Positions 25,220 to 33,471 of a stretch of 41,778 nt of DNA are shown here, piece by piece. Under the pieces are notes generated by a model. It saw only the letters and a program-made list of their open reading frames with translations. It was not told the DNA's origin and made no database searches. Each line of letters opens with the position of its first letter. Position 1 is the stretch's first letter. Source of the DNA: Gammaproteobacteria bacterium (GTDB lineage Bacteria > Pseudomonadota > Gammaproteobacteria > Steroidobacterales > Rariloculaceae); contig DASTSM010000098.1 in NCBI GenBank assembly GCA_035760685.1, positions 1 to 41,778 of the forward strand. Direction: 5' to 3'. Both the position numbers and the translations under genes were made by a program.

Positions 25220-26236
25220 ATGCCGGGAGGTGCTTTGATCATCGATTGCCACGCGCACGTGAGCGCGCCGAAAGCGTACTGGGCGTTCAAGGCGCTGCTG
25301 CTCTCGCACCGTGGCTCCCACGGCCGGGCCGGCCTCCGCCTGACCGATGCCGAGATCCTCGAGGCGTGGAATGCCAAGGAGATGGCTCCGGCCGGGCACC
25401 TCGACCACATGCGGGCCTGCGGCATCGATATGCAGTGCATCTCGCCCCGCCCTTTTCAGATGATGCATTCCGAGAAGCCCGCGAAGATCGTCCACTCTTG
25501 GACCGAGGAGACGAACAACGTCATTCATCGCAGCTGCCGCTTGATGCCGGACAAGTTCTTCGGCATCGCGGGGCTCCCGCAGGCGGCGGGCGACCCCATC
25601 GAGAGCTGCCTGCCCGAGCTCGAGCGCTGCATCAAAGAGCTCGGCTTCAAGGGCTGCCTGTTGAATCCCGATCCGTTCGAGAACGGCGGCGCAAAGGCGC
25701 CGCCGCTCGGCGATCGATACTGGTATCCGCTCTACGAGAAGCTCGTCGAGCTCGACGTTCCGGCACACTTGCACGCGACCAGCTCGCGCGAGCCCGAGCG
25801 CGAGCCGTATACGCTGCACTTCATCAACGAGGAGACGACCGCCGTATTCGGACTCGTGAGCTCCTCCGTGCTCGAAGACTTTCCCGAGCTCAAGATCCTC
25901 GTCTCGCACGGCGGCGGCGCGATGCCCTATCAGCTCGGGCGATTCGACTCGAGCTCGATGCGTGGCACGCGCGGCCGCTTCCGCGACCGCATGCGGCGGC
26001 TCTACTTCGACACGGTGCTCTACACGAAGGACGCGCTCGAGCTGCTCATCAAGACCGTCGGCGCGGATCGCGTGCTCTACGGCGCCGAGTGCCCGGGCGT
26101 GGGCTCGGTCGTCGATCCCGCGACCGGGCACACGTTCGACGACATCGTCCCGCAGATTCGGGCGATCGAATGGCTCTCGGACGAGGACAAGGCCGGGATC
26201 TTCGAGCACAACGCCCGGCGTCTCTTCAAGCTCTAG
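25220..26236 (+). CDS. ligJ: 4-oxalomesaconate hydratase (LigJ-type amidohydrolase_2)
   Basis: 338 aa. There is extensive recognisable similarity to Sphingobium LigJ as I remember it: IIDCHAHVSAP, ISPRPFQMMHS, GLPQ, GFKGCLLNPDPFENGGAKAPPLGDRYWYPLYEKLVELDVPAHLHAT, LHFINEET, VSHGGGAMPYQLGRFD, LYFDTVLYT and ECPGVGS. An alternative TTG start at 25235 would give M-IIDCH. Confidence 0.85.
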   Translation: MPGGALIIDCHAHVSAPKAYWAFKALLLSHRGSHGRAGLRLTDAEILEAWNAKEMAPAGHLDHMRACGIDMQCISPRPFQMMHSEKPAKIVHSWTEETNNVIHRSCRLMPDKFFGIAGLPQAAGDPIESCLPELERCIKELGFKGCLLNPDPFENGGAKAPPLGDRYWYPLYEKLVELDVPAHLHATSSREPEREPYTLHFINEETTAVFGLVSSSVLEDFPELKILVSHGGGAMPYQLGRFDSSSMRGTRGRFRDRMRRLYFDTVLYTKDALELLIKTVGADRVLYGAECPGVGSVVDPATGHTFDDIVPQIRAIEWLSDEDKAGIFEHNARRLFKL

Positions 26237-26269
26237 AAGCTGGCCGATGAGCGCAGCGACGGGGAACGC

Positions 26270-26944
26270 ATGAACCGGACGGCCGATGCTTCCCTCGTCG
26301 CGCGTCTCGAGATTCTGGACAGCTGCGCGGTCTCGGACGCGCTCGACTCGCTGGGCCTGCCGCCGGCCGTCGCGGGCATCGCGCCTCTCTCGCTGCGCAA
26401 GCGCATCGCGGGCCCGGTCAGAACCGTCAAGCTCGGCAGAGAAAAGCCGGCCGCCGGGCCCGTCAGGCATCTCGGCACGGCCGCCATAGAAGCCGCCGCG
26501 CCGGGCGACGTCATCGTCGTCGCGCATTCCTCGGGCGTCGAATGCGCGGGCTGGGGCGGAGTGCTTTCGAGCGCGGCGCTGATCCGCGGCGTCTCGGGCG
26601 TCGTCGTCGACGGCCCCGCGCGCGACGTCGACGAGGCCGCGGCCCTCGGCTTCCCGATCTTCGCGCGCTCGGCGGACCCGCGCACGGCCCGCGGCCGCGT
26701 CTACGAGCAGGACTTCGACTGCCGCATCGAGATCGCGGGCCTTTCCGTCGAGCCCGGCGACCTCGTCGTCGCCGATTCGACGGGCGTCGCTTTCATCCCG
26801 AGCGCTTCCGCCGCGGAGATCGTGCGCCGGGCGGAGCGCGTCGCCGCGCGCGAGCGGCTCATGGTCGAGGCGCTCCGGCGAGGCGAGCGCGTTACGGAGG
26901 TGGTCGGGCGCGACTACGAGGAGATGCTCGACCGGCTCGAGTGA
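26270..26944 (+). CDS. RraA-family protein, probable 4-carboxy-4-hydroxy-2-oxoadipate / HMG aldolase (LigK-like)
   Basis: 224 aa with an RraA-fold pattern: SCAVSDALD, PGDVIVV, GG.L...A...G..G.VVDG..RD, FPIFAR and EPGDLVVADSTGVAFIP. The aldolase assignment rests on adjacency, 33 nt downstream of ligJ. Confidence 0.7.
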   Translation: MNRTADASLVARLEILDSCAVSDALDSLGLPPAVAGIAPLSLRKRIAGPVRTVKLGREKPAAGPVRHLGTAAIEAAAPGDVIVVAHSSGVECAGWGGVLSSAALIRGVSGVVVDGPARDVDEAAALGFPIFARSADPRTARGRVYEQDFDCRIEIAGLSVEPGDLVVADSTGVAFIPSASAAEIVRRAERVAARERLMVEALRRGERVTEVVGRDYEEMLDRLE

Positions 26945-26951
26945 GCGCTCG

Positions 26952-27965
26952 TCAAGTCCACGCAATGAAGCCCTGCGCCGTGCCGGTCCCGGCCTCGGTG
27001 CGATAGCACGGCACGTAGTCGATGAGCTCGCCCTCGAGCGACGTCTGAAACAAGCATCCCGACGCGGAGACCCAGTTCAAGAGCTCCGACGTCCCATCCT
27101 TCATGTACGCAGGATCGATGCCGCGCAGAAACCGCTCGTCGCGCCGCTCGATCGCGCCGATCAGCTCGCGGTCGAAGTCCTCGTTGATCACGAAGTGAGT
27201 CATGCCGCCCGATCCGACGACGGCGACGCGCACGTCTCGGTCCCAGTCCGAGATCAGCGAGCCCACGAGCCGGCCGAGATCGAAGCACCGCCACGGCCGC
27301 GGCTGATTCGGCGGAAAGAACGTGTTCGTGATGATCGGCAGCATCGGCACGGCGCGGTCGCGCATGACGCGCCGCAAGATGTACGCGAACGCGTGCGGCG
27401 TGCCGACGTGGTGATGCTCGGCGGGATACTCCGGCCAAGCGTCCGAGGCGGCGAAGTCCCATCCCTGCTCGATGCCGCGGTCGAGCAGGCGCCGCGCGAG
27501 GTCCGCCAAGCCCGGATACTCGGTGCGCGTCTCGGGCCTGTTGGCCCACTCGGACTCGCGTATGCCGGGCGGGAGCCTTGCCGCGCGCTCCTCGGCCAGC
27601 GGGCCGTTCCAAAACGTCTCGCCGTAGTAAACCGTGTAGGCCGGCTGGAGCGCGGGCAGCACGAGCTCGCGCTGGTCGTTGCCGAAGACGACGCAAACGT
27701 CGGGGGCGGCGTCCGCCCAGATGTCCGCGACTCGCGCGATCGCGGCCTGGCACGCGGCGTGGTTTCGCGTTCTCGCCTCGAGCGTCGCGCGCTCCGCGAG
27801 TCGCTCGCCCGCGCGAAGCTCGACGAGCTCGTCGAACGTGTAGCGCTTGCCCTTGAACCAGTGGCTGCGGGAGCGATCGGCCGGCACCCGCAGCATCCAC
27901 TCCTCGGGAGTGGTGTTGAGCTGCGGTCCGTGCGTCGTCCAGAGCCCCAGCACGATTCTTGCCAT
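26952..27965 (-). CDS. Class III extradiol ring-cleavage dioxygenase (LigB superfamily), divergent
   Basis: The ATG at 27965 (MARIVLGLWTTHGPQL) lies inside track ORF 26952..28037. LigB-like landmarks: the N-terminal THGP, PDVCVVFGNDQ (LigB has ..YNDH), HHVGTPHAF and VVGSGGMTHF. It is convergent with the ligK-like gene, with stops 8 nt apart. Confidence 0.72.
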   Translation of the reverse strand: MARIVLGLWTTHGPQLNTTPEEWMLRVPADRSRSHWFKGKRYTFDELVELRAGERLAERATLEARTRNHAACQAAIARVADIWADAAPDVCVVFGNDQRELVLPALQPAYTVYYGETFWNGPLAEERAARLPPGIRESEWANRPETRTEYPGLADLARRLLDRGIEQGWDFAASDAWPEYPAEHHHVGTPHAFAYILRRVMRDRAVPMLPIITNTFFPPNQPRPWRCFDLGRLVGSLISDWDRDVRVAVVGSGGMTHFVINEDFDRELIGAIERRDERFLRGIDPAYMKDGTSELLNWVSASGCLFQTSLEGELIDYVPCYRTEAGTGTAQGFIAWT

Positions 27966-28104
27966 GGCCGGATCTCGCTTCGAGGAATCCGCTGCAAGTG
28001 TACCGGACGAGAGCGCGAATCGCGGGCCCGCGCCCATGGCAGCCAGGAGGCCCGGGTCGGGAAGCCGGGCCGCATCTTTTAGCCCGTACCGAGATAGGAA
28101 TCAG

Positions 28105-28127
28105 AAAATGGGGTCTGACCCCATTTT
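28105..28127. terminator. Bidirectional terminator-like palindrome AAAATGGGGTC-T-GACCCCATTTT
   Basis: Perfect 11-nt arms are flanked by an A-run and a T-run (T-run continues to 28130). It lies downstream of the six-gene minus-strand operon. Confidence 0.5.
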
Positions 28128-28162
28128 TTTGTTTGGGCTAGCCCGTGCCAGAAGGAAATTGG

Positions 28163-28200
28163 GGTCTGACCCCATTTTCGGAAATGGGGTCAGACCTTTT
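28163..28200. terminator. Perfect 15-bp hairpin (GGTCTGACCCCATTT-TCGG-AAATGGGGTCAGACC) followed by TTTT
   Basis: I checked all 15 pairs by hand, 28163-28177 against 28182-28196. It begins 14 nt below the lower (stop-codon) end of the 28210..28764 gene on the minus strand. The T-run is on the plus strand, so it may mainly insulate against antisense read-through. Confidence 0.5.
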
Positions 28201-28209
28201 GGGGTTGGG

Positions 28210-28764
28210 CTAGCCCGTGCCGAGATAAGGAATCAGGCGCCCGAATATGAGCACCAAGGTCCAGAGCAGTATGGACATGAACCCGACGGCCTTCGCGGGC
28301 AGCGGCGGATCTGCATTCGGCGGAACGGCGGCCAGCATCGGGCCTATCTTCCGCCAATAGATGAGCGCATTGATGCCCGCGAGCAGCACGCAAATCATCT
28401 TGAGCTGGAACGAGATGTTGATCGCGTAGCGATGCGGATCGCCGAAGCAGAAGATGATGCCGGTCAAGAGATTCAGGCCGAAGCCGATGAACGCCATCGG
28501 CAACATGCGATGGATGCTCAACGAAGAGATGACCGGATGCTGGACGCCCATGAGCCGGAGGTCCATGACGAGGATCGAGCCGAAGAGCAGCGAAAGGCCG
28601 ATGTAGTGCGTGATCTCGAGCGTCGGCCACGTTTGCGAATAGTCGAGCGCGAGATGACTCAGCCAAGTCGTCTGCATCCAATCCATCACCGGATTGAGAT
28701 GCTTAACGGTATCGGGGCTCAGGAGCCCCGACTGAGCCGAGTTCAGATGCGAAAGAAAGCTCAT
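28210..28764 (-). CDS. Integral membrane protein, unknown function (paralogue of 28774..29253)
   Basis: 184 aa with about 4 hydrophobic helices. It ends GRLIPYLGTG, and the neighbouring protein ends GRLIAYLT. It contains THYIGLSLLFGSILVMDLRLMG; the neighbour has TIHALGMGIMTGLSWFISLRVLG. It resembles DUF6644-type proteins, from memory only. Confidence 0.75.
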   Translation of the reverse strand: MSFLSHLNSAQSGLLSPDTVKHLNPVMDWMQTTWLSHLALDYSQTWPTLEITHYIGLSLLFGSILVMDLRLMGVQHPVISSLSIHRMLPMAFIGFGLNLLTGIIFCFGDPHRYAINISFQLKMICVLLAGINALIYWRKIGPMLAAVPPNADPPLPAKAVGFMSILLWTLVLIFGRLIPYLGTG

Positions 28765-28773
28765 GGGGTCACC

Positions 28774-29253
28774 CTAGGTCAAGTAGGCGATGAGCCGGCC
28801 CGTCACGATCGCGGCGAGCCAGAAAAAGATCGCGAAGCCTGCGACGATGCGCGCCGACTGCGGAAGAACTACGGCGCTACCGGCCGGCTCGCCGACGCGG
28901 CTGACGGCCGTCTGCAGATAGGCGATGCTGATCGCCCCGATCAGCACGAAGGCCATCTTCGTCAGATACGGAACGTTGTGTACGTAGTTCGAAGCCGCTT
29001 GCGAGGTGAAGAGCGCGCCGCCGGAGATGAAGTTGATCCCGAAGCCGAACCACGAGATCGCAAACAGCGGCCGAAGATAGGAGATCGGGATCATCGGGAA
29101 GCGGCCGAGGACGCGCAGGCTGATGAACCACGATAGGCCGGTCATGATGCCCATGCCGAGGGCGTGTATCGTCAAGATCGTCGGGTAGGCGACGGACGAC
29201 GTCCGCACCCAGTCCGCGAACGAAGTCGCCTCGAGCCACATGAAAAATTCCAA
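28774..29253 (-). CDS. Integral membrane protein, unknown function (paralogue of 28210..28764)
   Basis: 159 aa. The TTG start at 29253 lies 7 nt after AGGAG; the ATG at 29241 is an alternative. It has four hydrophobic segments. The downstream paralogue starts 9 nt after its stop. Confidence 0.75.
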   Translation of the reverse strand: MEFFMWLEATSFADWVRTSSVAYPTILTIHALGMGIMTGLSWFISLRVLGRFPMIPISYLRPLFAISWFGFGINFISGGALFTSQAASNYVHNVPYLTKMAFVLIGAISIAYLQTAVSRVGEPAGSAVVLPQSARIVAGFAIFFWLAAIVTGRLIAYLT

Positions 29254-29350
29254 GGAAGTGCTCCTGTGGGAGGATAAATCGGCGACGGAGGTTAGCTTTA
29301 GACAGGCGGGAAGTCCAGTGCCGGCGATGCGCTCCCGAGTAATCTCCAGT

Positions 29351-30076
29351 CTAGCTTCCGGGTTGCTCTCCTCGGTGGCGACTGCGGATGTACGCGGTCA
29401 GGAGATCGATCTCCGTCGGGCTCAGCTTTGCCCCGAAGGCCGGGCTCTCCGATTGCTCGCCGCCGCTGATGACGCGCCTGACGTTCATCATCGAGTCGCC
29501 GTGCTCCCAGTAGCTGTCCGTCAAGTCCGGGGCGCCTTTCGTGGTGTCGCCCGTTCCGTCCTCGCCGTGGCAGGCCGCGCAATGCTCGGTGAACAGCATT
29601 TTGCCGCGCTTCTGGTAGTCCGTCGGCTGCGCGCCGGCGCTTGCGGAGAGGGATTGGACGTAGCTCACGAGCTGACCGACGTCGACCTCGCCGAGCTTGC
29701 TCTCGCGCATGGGCGGCATGACGCTCTTGCGGCCCTGCGCGATCGTCGTCCGGATCGCATCCTCGCTATCGCCGTAGTTGTAGCGGCCGGCTACGAGGTC
29801 GACGACGCCGCGCGACGCCCGCCCGTCCTCGCCATGGCAGGACCCGCAGTGGGTCAGAAAAAGGCGGTTGGCGAGCTCCATGGCGGTTGGATTCGCAGTC
29901 AGCTCGGCGACAGGCTGCCGGGCATAGGCTTCGCTTTCGGCGCGGAGCTGCTGCGGAGATTCGGCGACTCGCGCCGCGGAATCGCCGCCGCCTTGGGAGC
30001 AGGCGGCCGCGAGCGCGGCTCCGGCGACGGCGAGCGCGCGGCAAAGGCGCGCGCTCGAGCGTGTGGAAGCTCCCAT
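29351..30076 (-). CDS. Dihaem c-type cytochrome lipoprotein (CcoP-C-terminal-like)
   Basis: The ATG at 30076 lies in frame inside track ORF 29351..31030. The lipoprotein signal is LAVAGAALAAAC|S. There are two CxxCH sites, CGSCHGEDG and CAACHGEDGTGD. The GAPDLTDSYWEHGDS...ISGG context resembles the dihaem domain of cbb3 oxidase subunit III. Confidence 0.85.
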   Translation of the reverse strand: MGASTRSSARLCRALAVAGAALAAACSQGGGDSAARVAESPQQLRAESEAYARQPVAELTANPTAMELANRLFLTHCGSCHGEDGRASRGVVDLVAGRYNYGDSEDAIRTTIAQGRKSVMPPMRESKLGEVDVGQLVSYVQSLSASAGAQPTDYQKRGKMLFTEHCAACHGEDGTGDTTKGAPDLTDSYWEHGDSMMNVRRVISGGEQSESPAFGAKLSPTEIDLLTAYIRSRHRGEQPGS

Positions 30077-30084
30077 GGAACCGG

Positions 30085-31947
30085 TTATTGACAGAGCGTC
30101 GGGGTTACGCAAATCGAATCCAGCGTCCTGCCCGCCGGCGGCGTGGGCAGGCCTCGCTCCTCCATGAGCTTCCTGATCAATGCGGCCGTCTCGGGATGCG
30201 CGACGGCCGACTGCACGCCGACGCGCACGAGGCCGTCGGCATAGTCGATCGCCTGCCACGTGACGCCTGCGAGCTTGTGAATGCTGTCGCGGCTGCCGAT
30301 GTCGTGCGTCGAGAGATCCGCGCCGTGGTCGACGAGCAGCTGCACGACGTCGCTCCGGCCCTTGTGCGCGGCGCCCATGAGCGCCGTGCGGCCGTCGAGC
30401 GTGTCTTGGGCATTGACGTCGGCGCCGAGATCCACGAGGTACTTGACGGTCTCGAGCGTCTGCTTCGGCGACCACTCGTACGTCACGCCTTCGACCCAGC
30501 CGATGCCGGACGCGACCATGAGCGGCGTCACGTTGTAGTCCGTCGGGATGTTTGGATTCGCGCCATGCTCGACGAGCAGCTTCATGAGCACGAGATCGCC
30601 GGACTGCGCGGCGCGCAGGAACGGTGTCGCGCCCTCCTCGTAGAGCCACTGGTGCGTGAAGATCGTGCGTGTCTCCGTGCTCGACTTCATTCGCATGTTC
30701 GGATCCGCGCCCTTCGCGAGCAGCAGCTTGATGAAGTCGAGATGGTCCATGTCGGGCTTGCGGACCGGATAGTCGCCGCCCTCGATGTTGCGGTTGTCCG
30801 TCGCGATGTAGAGCGGCGTCCAGCCGCCCTTGTTGGCGATGTTCGGATCCGCGCCGTGATCGAGCAGATATTTGCCGAGCTGGTAGTACCGGTTCTGGGC
30901 CGCGGTCAGCAGCGGCGTCCAACCGTATTCCGTCGTCTCGTTGACGTCCGCGCCGGCCTCGACGAGCGCCTTCGTGGACTCGATGTCGCCCTGACGCGCC
31001 GCGAAGACGAGCGCCGTCAGGCCGCCCCACTTGTCCCGGCTCCGGGTCTGCGGCAAGGGCGGCGCGAACTCGTTTTCGCCGTTGTCGACGCGGGCAGAGG
31101 CGCCGCCGCCGTCGCCGTCGTCCCCGCCGACATCGCCGGCATCGCCGGCGTCGTCCGCGGCATTGTCGTTGCCCGCGGCATTCGCGCGCTCCGCCTGGCG
31201 CTGCTTCGGCGAGCCGTTCGGATCGACGCTATCGGAGATGTCGTTATCGCTGAAGTCGACCTTGCCCTCGCCCACCTTCTTGGCGTCGACCCTGCGCCCC
31301 GCCTGACCGACGCCGCGCTCGGCCTCTTCGATGCGCGAGCGCGCGGAAGGCGCGAGGTAAGGACCCCGGCCCGGCGCGATCGGATCGGAGCGCGCCGCGA
31401 GATCCGCGCCGTGCTCGACGAGGAGCTTGACCGCCTCGGGATTCGAGTACGCGGCGGCCCACATGAGGGCCGTCGTGCCGCGCAGCTTCTCCTTGGCGTT
31501 GACGTCGGCTCCGTGCTTGAGCAGAACGTCGAGCGCCGCCGTGTTGCCCGTGCGCGCCGCCATCATGAGCGGCGTCTCGCCGTGCTGGAACGTCTCGTTC
31601 GCGTCGGCGCCGGCCGAGAGCAGCAGCTCGATGAGCTTCGCATCGCCGCTCTGGCTCGCGAGGAACAGCGGCGTCACGCCTTCCTGATTGGCGGCCTTCG
31701 GATCCGCGCCGGCCTTGATGAGCGCTCGCGCGGCGTCGAGGTCGTCGAGATAGGCGGCCCAATGCAGTCCCGTGGCACCGTCCGCCTGCGGGGCATTGAC
31801 GTCGACGTGCTGGGCCAGAAGCTTCGCGAGGAGCGCTTCGTCCTTGTTCATGACGGCGTCCGCGACCTCGCTCGCGGCGAGAGCCGTCCCGGCGGCGCCG
31901 AGACCGAGCATCAGCGCGACACCCGCTATCAATCGCTTGTTGGCCAC
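30085..31947 (-). CDS. Secreted ankyrin-repeat protein with central acidic low-complexity insertion
   Basis: The GTG at 31947 lies 8 nt after GGGAG, in frame inside track ORF 30085..32508. The signal peptide is VANKRLIAGVALMLGLGAAGTALA. There are about 4 + 5-6 ANK repeats (G.TPLH/L.A......v..LL..GAD.N pattern). They are separated by ~100 aa rich in D/G/A (NAAGNDNAADDAGDAGDVGGDDGDGGG). Confidence 0.9.
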   Translation of the reverse strand: MANKRLIAGVALMLGLGAAGTALAASEVADAVMNKDEALLAKLLAQHVDVNAPQADGATGLHWAAYLDDLDAARALIKAGADPKAANQEGVTPLFLASQSGDAKLIELLLSAGADANETFQHGETPLMMAARTGNTAALDVLLKHGADVNAKEKLRGTTALMWAAAYSNPEAVKLLVEHGADLAARSDPIAPGRGPYLAPSARSRIEEAERGVGQAGRRVDAKKVGEGKVDFSDNDISDSVDPNGSPKQRQAERANAAGNDNAADDAGDAGDVGGDDGDGGGASARVDNGENEFAPPLPQTRSRDKWGGLTALVFAARQGDIESTKALVEAGADVNETTEYGWTPLLTAAQNRYYQLGKYLLDHGADPNIANKGGWTPLYIATDNRNIEGGDYPVRKPDMDHLDFIKLLLAKGADPNMRMKSSTETRTIFTHQWLYEEGATPFLRAAQSGDLVLMKLLVEHGANPNIPTDYNVTPLMVASGIGWVEGVTYEWSPKQTLETVKYLVDLGADVNAQDTLDGRTALMGAAHKGRSDVVQLLVDHGADLSTHDIGSRDSIHKLAGVTWQAIDYADGLVRVGVQSAVAHPETAALIRKLMEERGLPTPPAGRTLDSICVTPTLCQ

Positions 31948-31988
31948 GTTCTTCGCTCCCTTTACCCTCGCATCGACCGCTCGGCGGC

Positions 31989-33380
31989 TCAGCTCAGCTC
32001 GGAGATGGCGTCGATGCGCCCGGTGCTGTCGCCGAACTTGTCGAGGTGAATGTCGAACAAGTCGAGGACGCTGAGCAGCAGGTTGCCCGTCGGCACGGTC
32101 TTCGACGGGAACGGCAAGTGCCGGTTGCCCTTGAGCTTGCCGGAAGCCCCGCCGATCAGCACGTGCGGCACGTCGTAATGCAGATGCTGGTTCGAGTTGC
32201 CCATGTCGGAGCCGTACATCAGCAGCGAATGGTCGAGCAGCGTGCCCTCGCCCTCTTGGATCTTGCTGAGCTTGTCGGCGAGATACGCGAGCGTCGACAC
32301 GTGGTATCGATTCAGCTTCGCGTAGACCTTGATGCGGCCCGGGTCCTCTGCGTGATGCGATCCGCCGTGGAAGCTGATCGTCGTGCCGCTCTCCGGGAAC
32401 ACGCGTCCCGTGAGATCGCGCGCATAGAGAATCGTCGCGACGCGCGTGATGTCGCCTTGGAACGCGAGCGCGAGCAGATCGTAATGCAGCTTGATGTGCG
32501 TGTCCCACGACTCGGGCACGCCGACCGGAGCCGGGATGTCGGGCGCCGCCGTCGACGCTTGCGCGGCGATCTGCAGGCGCCGCTCGAGCTCGCGGACGTC
32601 GTCGAGGTACTGATCCATGCGGTTCTTGTCCGCCGACGGAAGATCCGCCTTGAGGCCCTTGAGGCTCTCGGCCACGGAATCGAGGATGCTGCGGTTCTGC
32701 TCGCGCCGAGCGGCGCGCTCCTCGGCCGTGCCGCCGTTGCCGAACATGCGCTCGAACACCGTCTGCGGATTGATCTCCATGAGCAGGGGCCGGCCCACGA
32801 GGATCTTGTTCGAGTTCCCGGTGCCGACCCAGACGGGCTTACCCCAGGAGATCGTGTTCGTGTAGATGCAGCTGTAGCCCTCGCCGCAGCCGCTCGAGTT
32901 CGCGCCGGGATCCTCGACGGCGAGCTGGAGGGACGGCAGCAGGTTCTGCTGGCCGATCTTCTCGGCGATGAGCTGATCGATCGTCACGCCGTTGTAGATG
33001 TCGGCGCCCGTGGTCTTTCTCGGCTTCGTCGCGGACAGGTACGAAGCCGCGACGAAGTGATCGGCGCCGGTCACGCCCTCCGGCGGCTCCGCGGCCTGCG
33101 ACCACATTCCGCTCGTGATCACGACCTTGTCGCGGAACGGCTCGAGCGGCTCCCAGAGGTAGGGGAACTTGAAGTTCTTGTCCGTCGAGTCCGGCACCCA
33201 GTAACCGGGCGCGGCCCCGTGCGGAACGAAGGCGCCGAGGAAGCGCGTAGGCGGCGCATCGGCCGCATACGCGACGGAACGGAGAGCAGGCACCATCGAT
33301 TCCAAGAACGGCAGCGCAATGGCCGCGCCCGCCCCGCGCAGAAAAGTCCTTCGCGGAATTCGTTTCTTGGTGATGAACAT
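31989..33380 (-). CDS. DUF1552-family protein with Tat signal
   Basis: 463 aa, with GAAGGAGA 8 nt upstream of the ATG. The N-terminus MFITKKRIPRRTFLRGAGAAIALPFLESM is the characteristic DUF1552 start. The C-terminus is FGDSTGRIDAISELS. Confidence 0.85.
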   Translation of the reverse strand: MFITKKRIPRRTFLRGAGAAIALPFLESMVPALRSVAYAADAPPTRFLGAFVPHGAAPGYWVPDSTDKNFKFPYLWEPLEPFRDKVVITSGMWSQAAEPPEGVTGADHFVAASYLSATKPRKTTGADIYNGVTIDQLIAEKIGQQNLLPSLQLAVEDPGANSSGCGEGYSCIYTNTISWGKPVWVGTGNSNKILVGRPLLMEINPQTVFERMFGNGGTAEERAARREQNRSILDSVAESLKGLKADLPSADKNRMDQYLDDVRELERRLQIAAQASTAAPDIPAPVGVPESWDTHIKLHYDLLALAFQGDITRVATILYARDLTGRVFPESGTTISFHGGSHHAEDPGRIKVYAKLNRYHVSTLAYLADKLSKIQEGEGTLLDHSLLMYGSDMGNSNQHLHYDVPHVLIGGASGKLKGNRHLPFPSKTVPTGNLLLSVLDLFDIHLDKFGDSTGRIDAISELS

Positions 33381-33471
33381 CGCCTCTGTCTCCTTCTCGT
33401 CTGGTTCGTCGTCTCGTCTGGGCTCGTCGCTTCCTAGCTGGGTTCGCGAGCTCCTCGCCTCGGCCGTCGTC

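Larger units (their letters stand above)
28080..28236. repeat. Tandemly repeated ~60-70-bp unit containing GGGGTC(T/A)GACCCC palindromes and copies of the 3' end of the 28210..28764 gene
   Basis: TAGCCCGT(A/G)CC starts at 28080, 28139 and 28211. The full 3'-end segment (minus strand CTGATTCC(T)TATCTCGG(C/T)ACGGGCTA(G/A)) occurs at 28080-28104 and 28211-28236. The palindromes are at 28109-28123, 28160-28174 and 28185-28196. Confidence 0.8.

Noticed and set aside
25034-26965. 643-aa minus-strand ORF
   Set aside because: It is antisense to ligJ and the ligK-like gene, both of which have strong family signatures.
29887-32049. 720-aa plus-strand ORF
   Set aside because: It is antisense to the cytochrome c and ankyrin genes. 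Its composition is Arg/Ala/Val-rich with no repeats or motifs.
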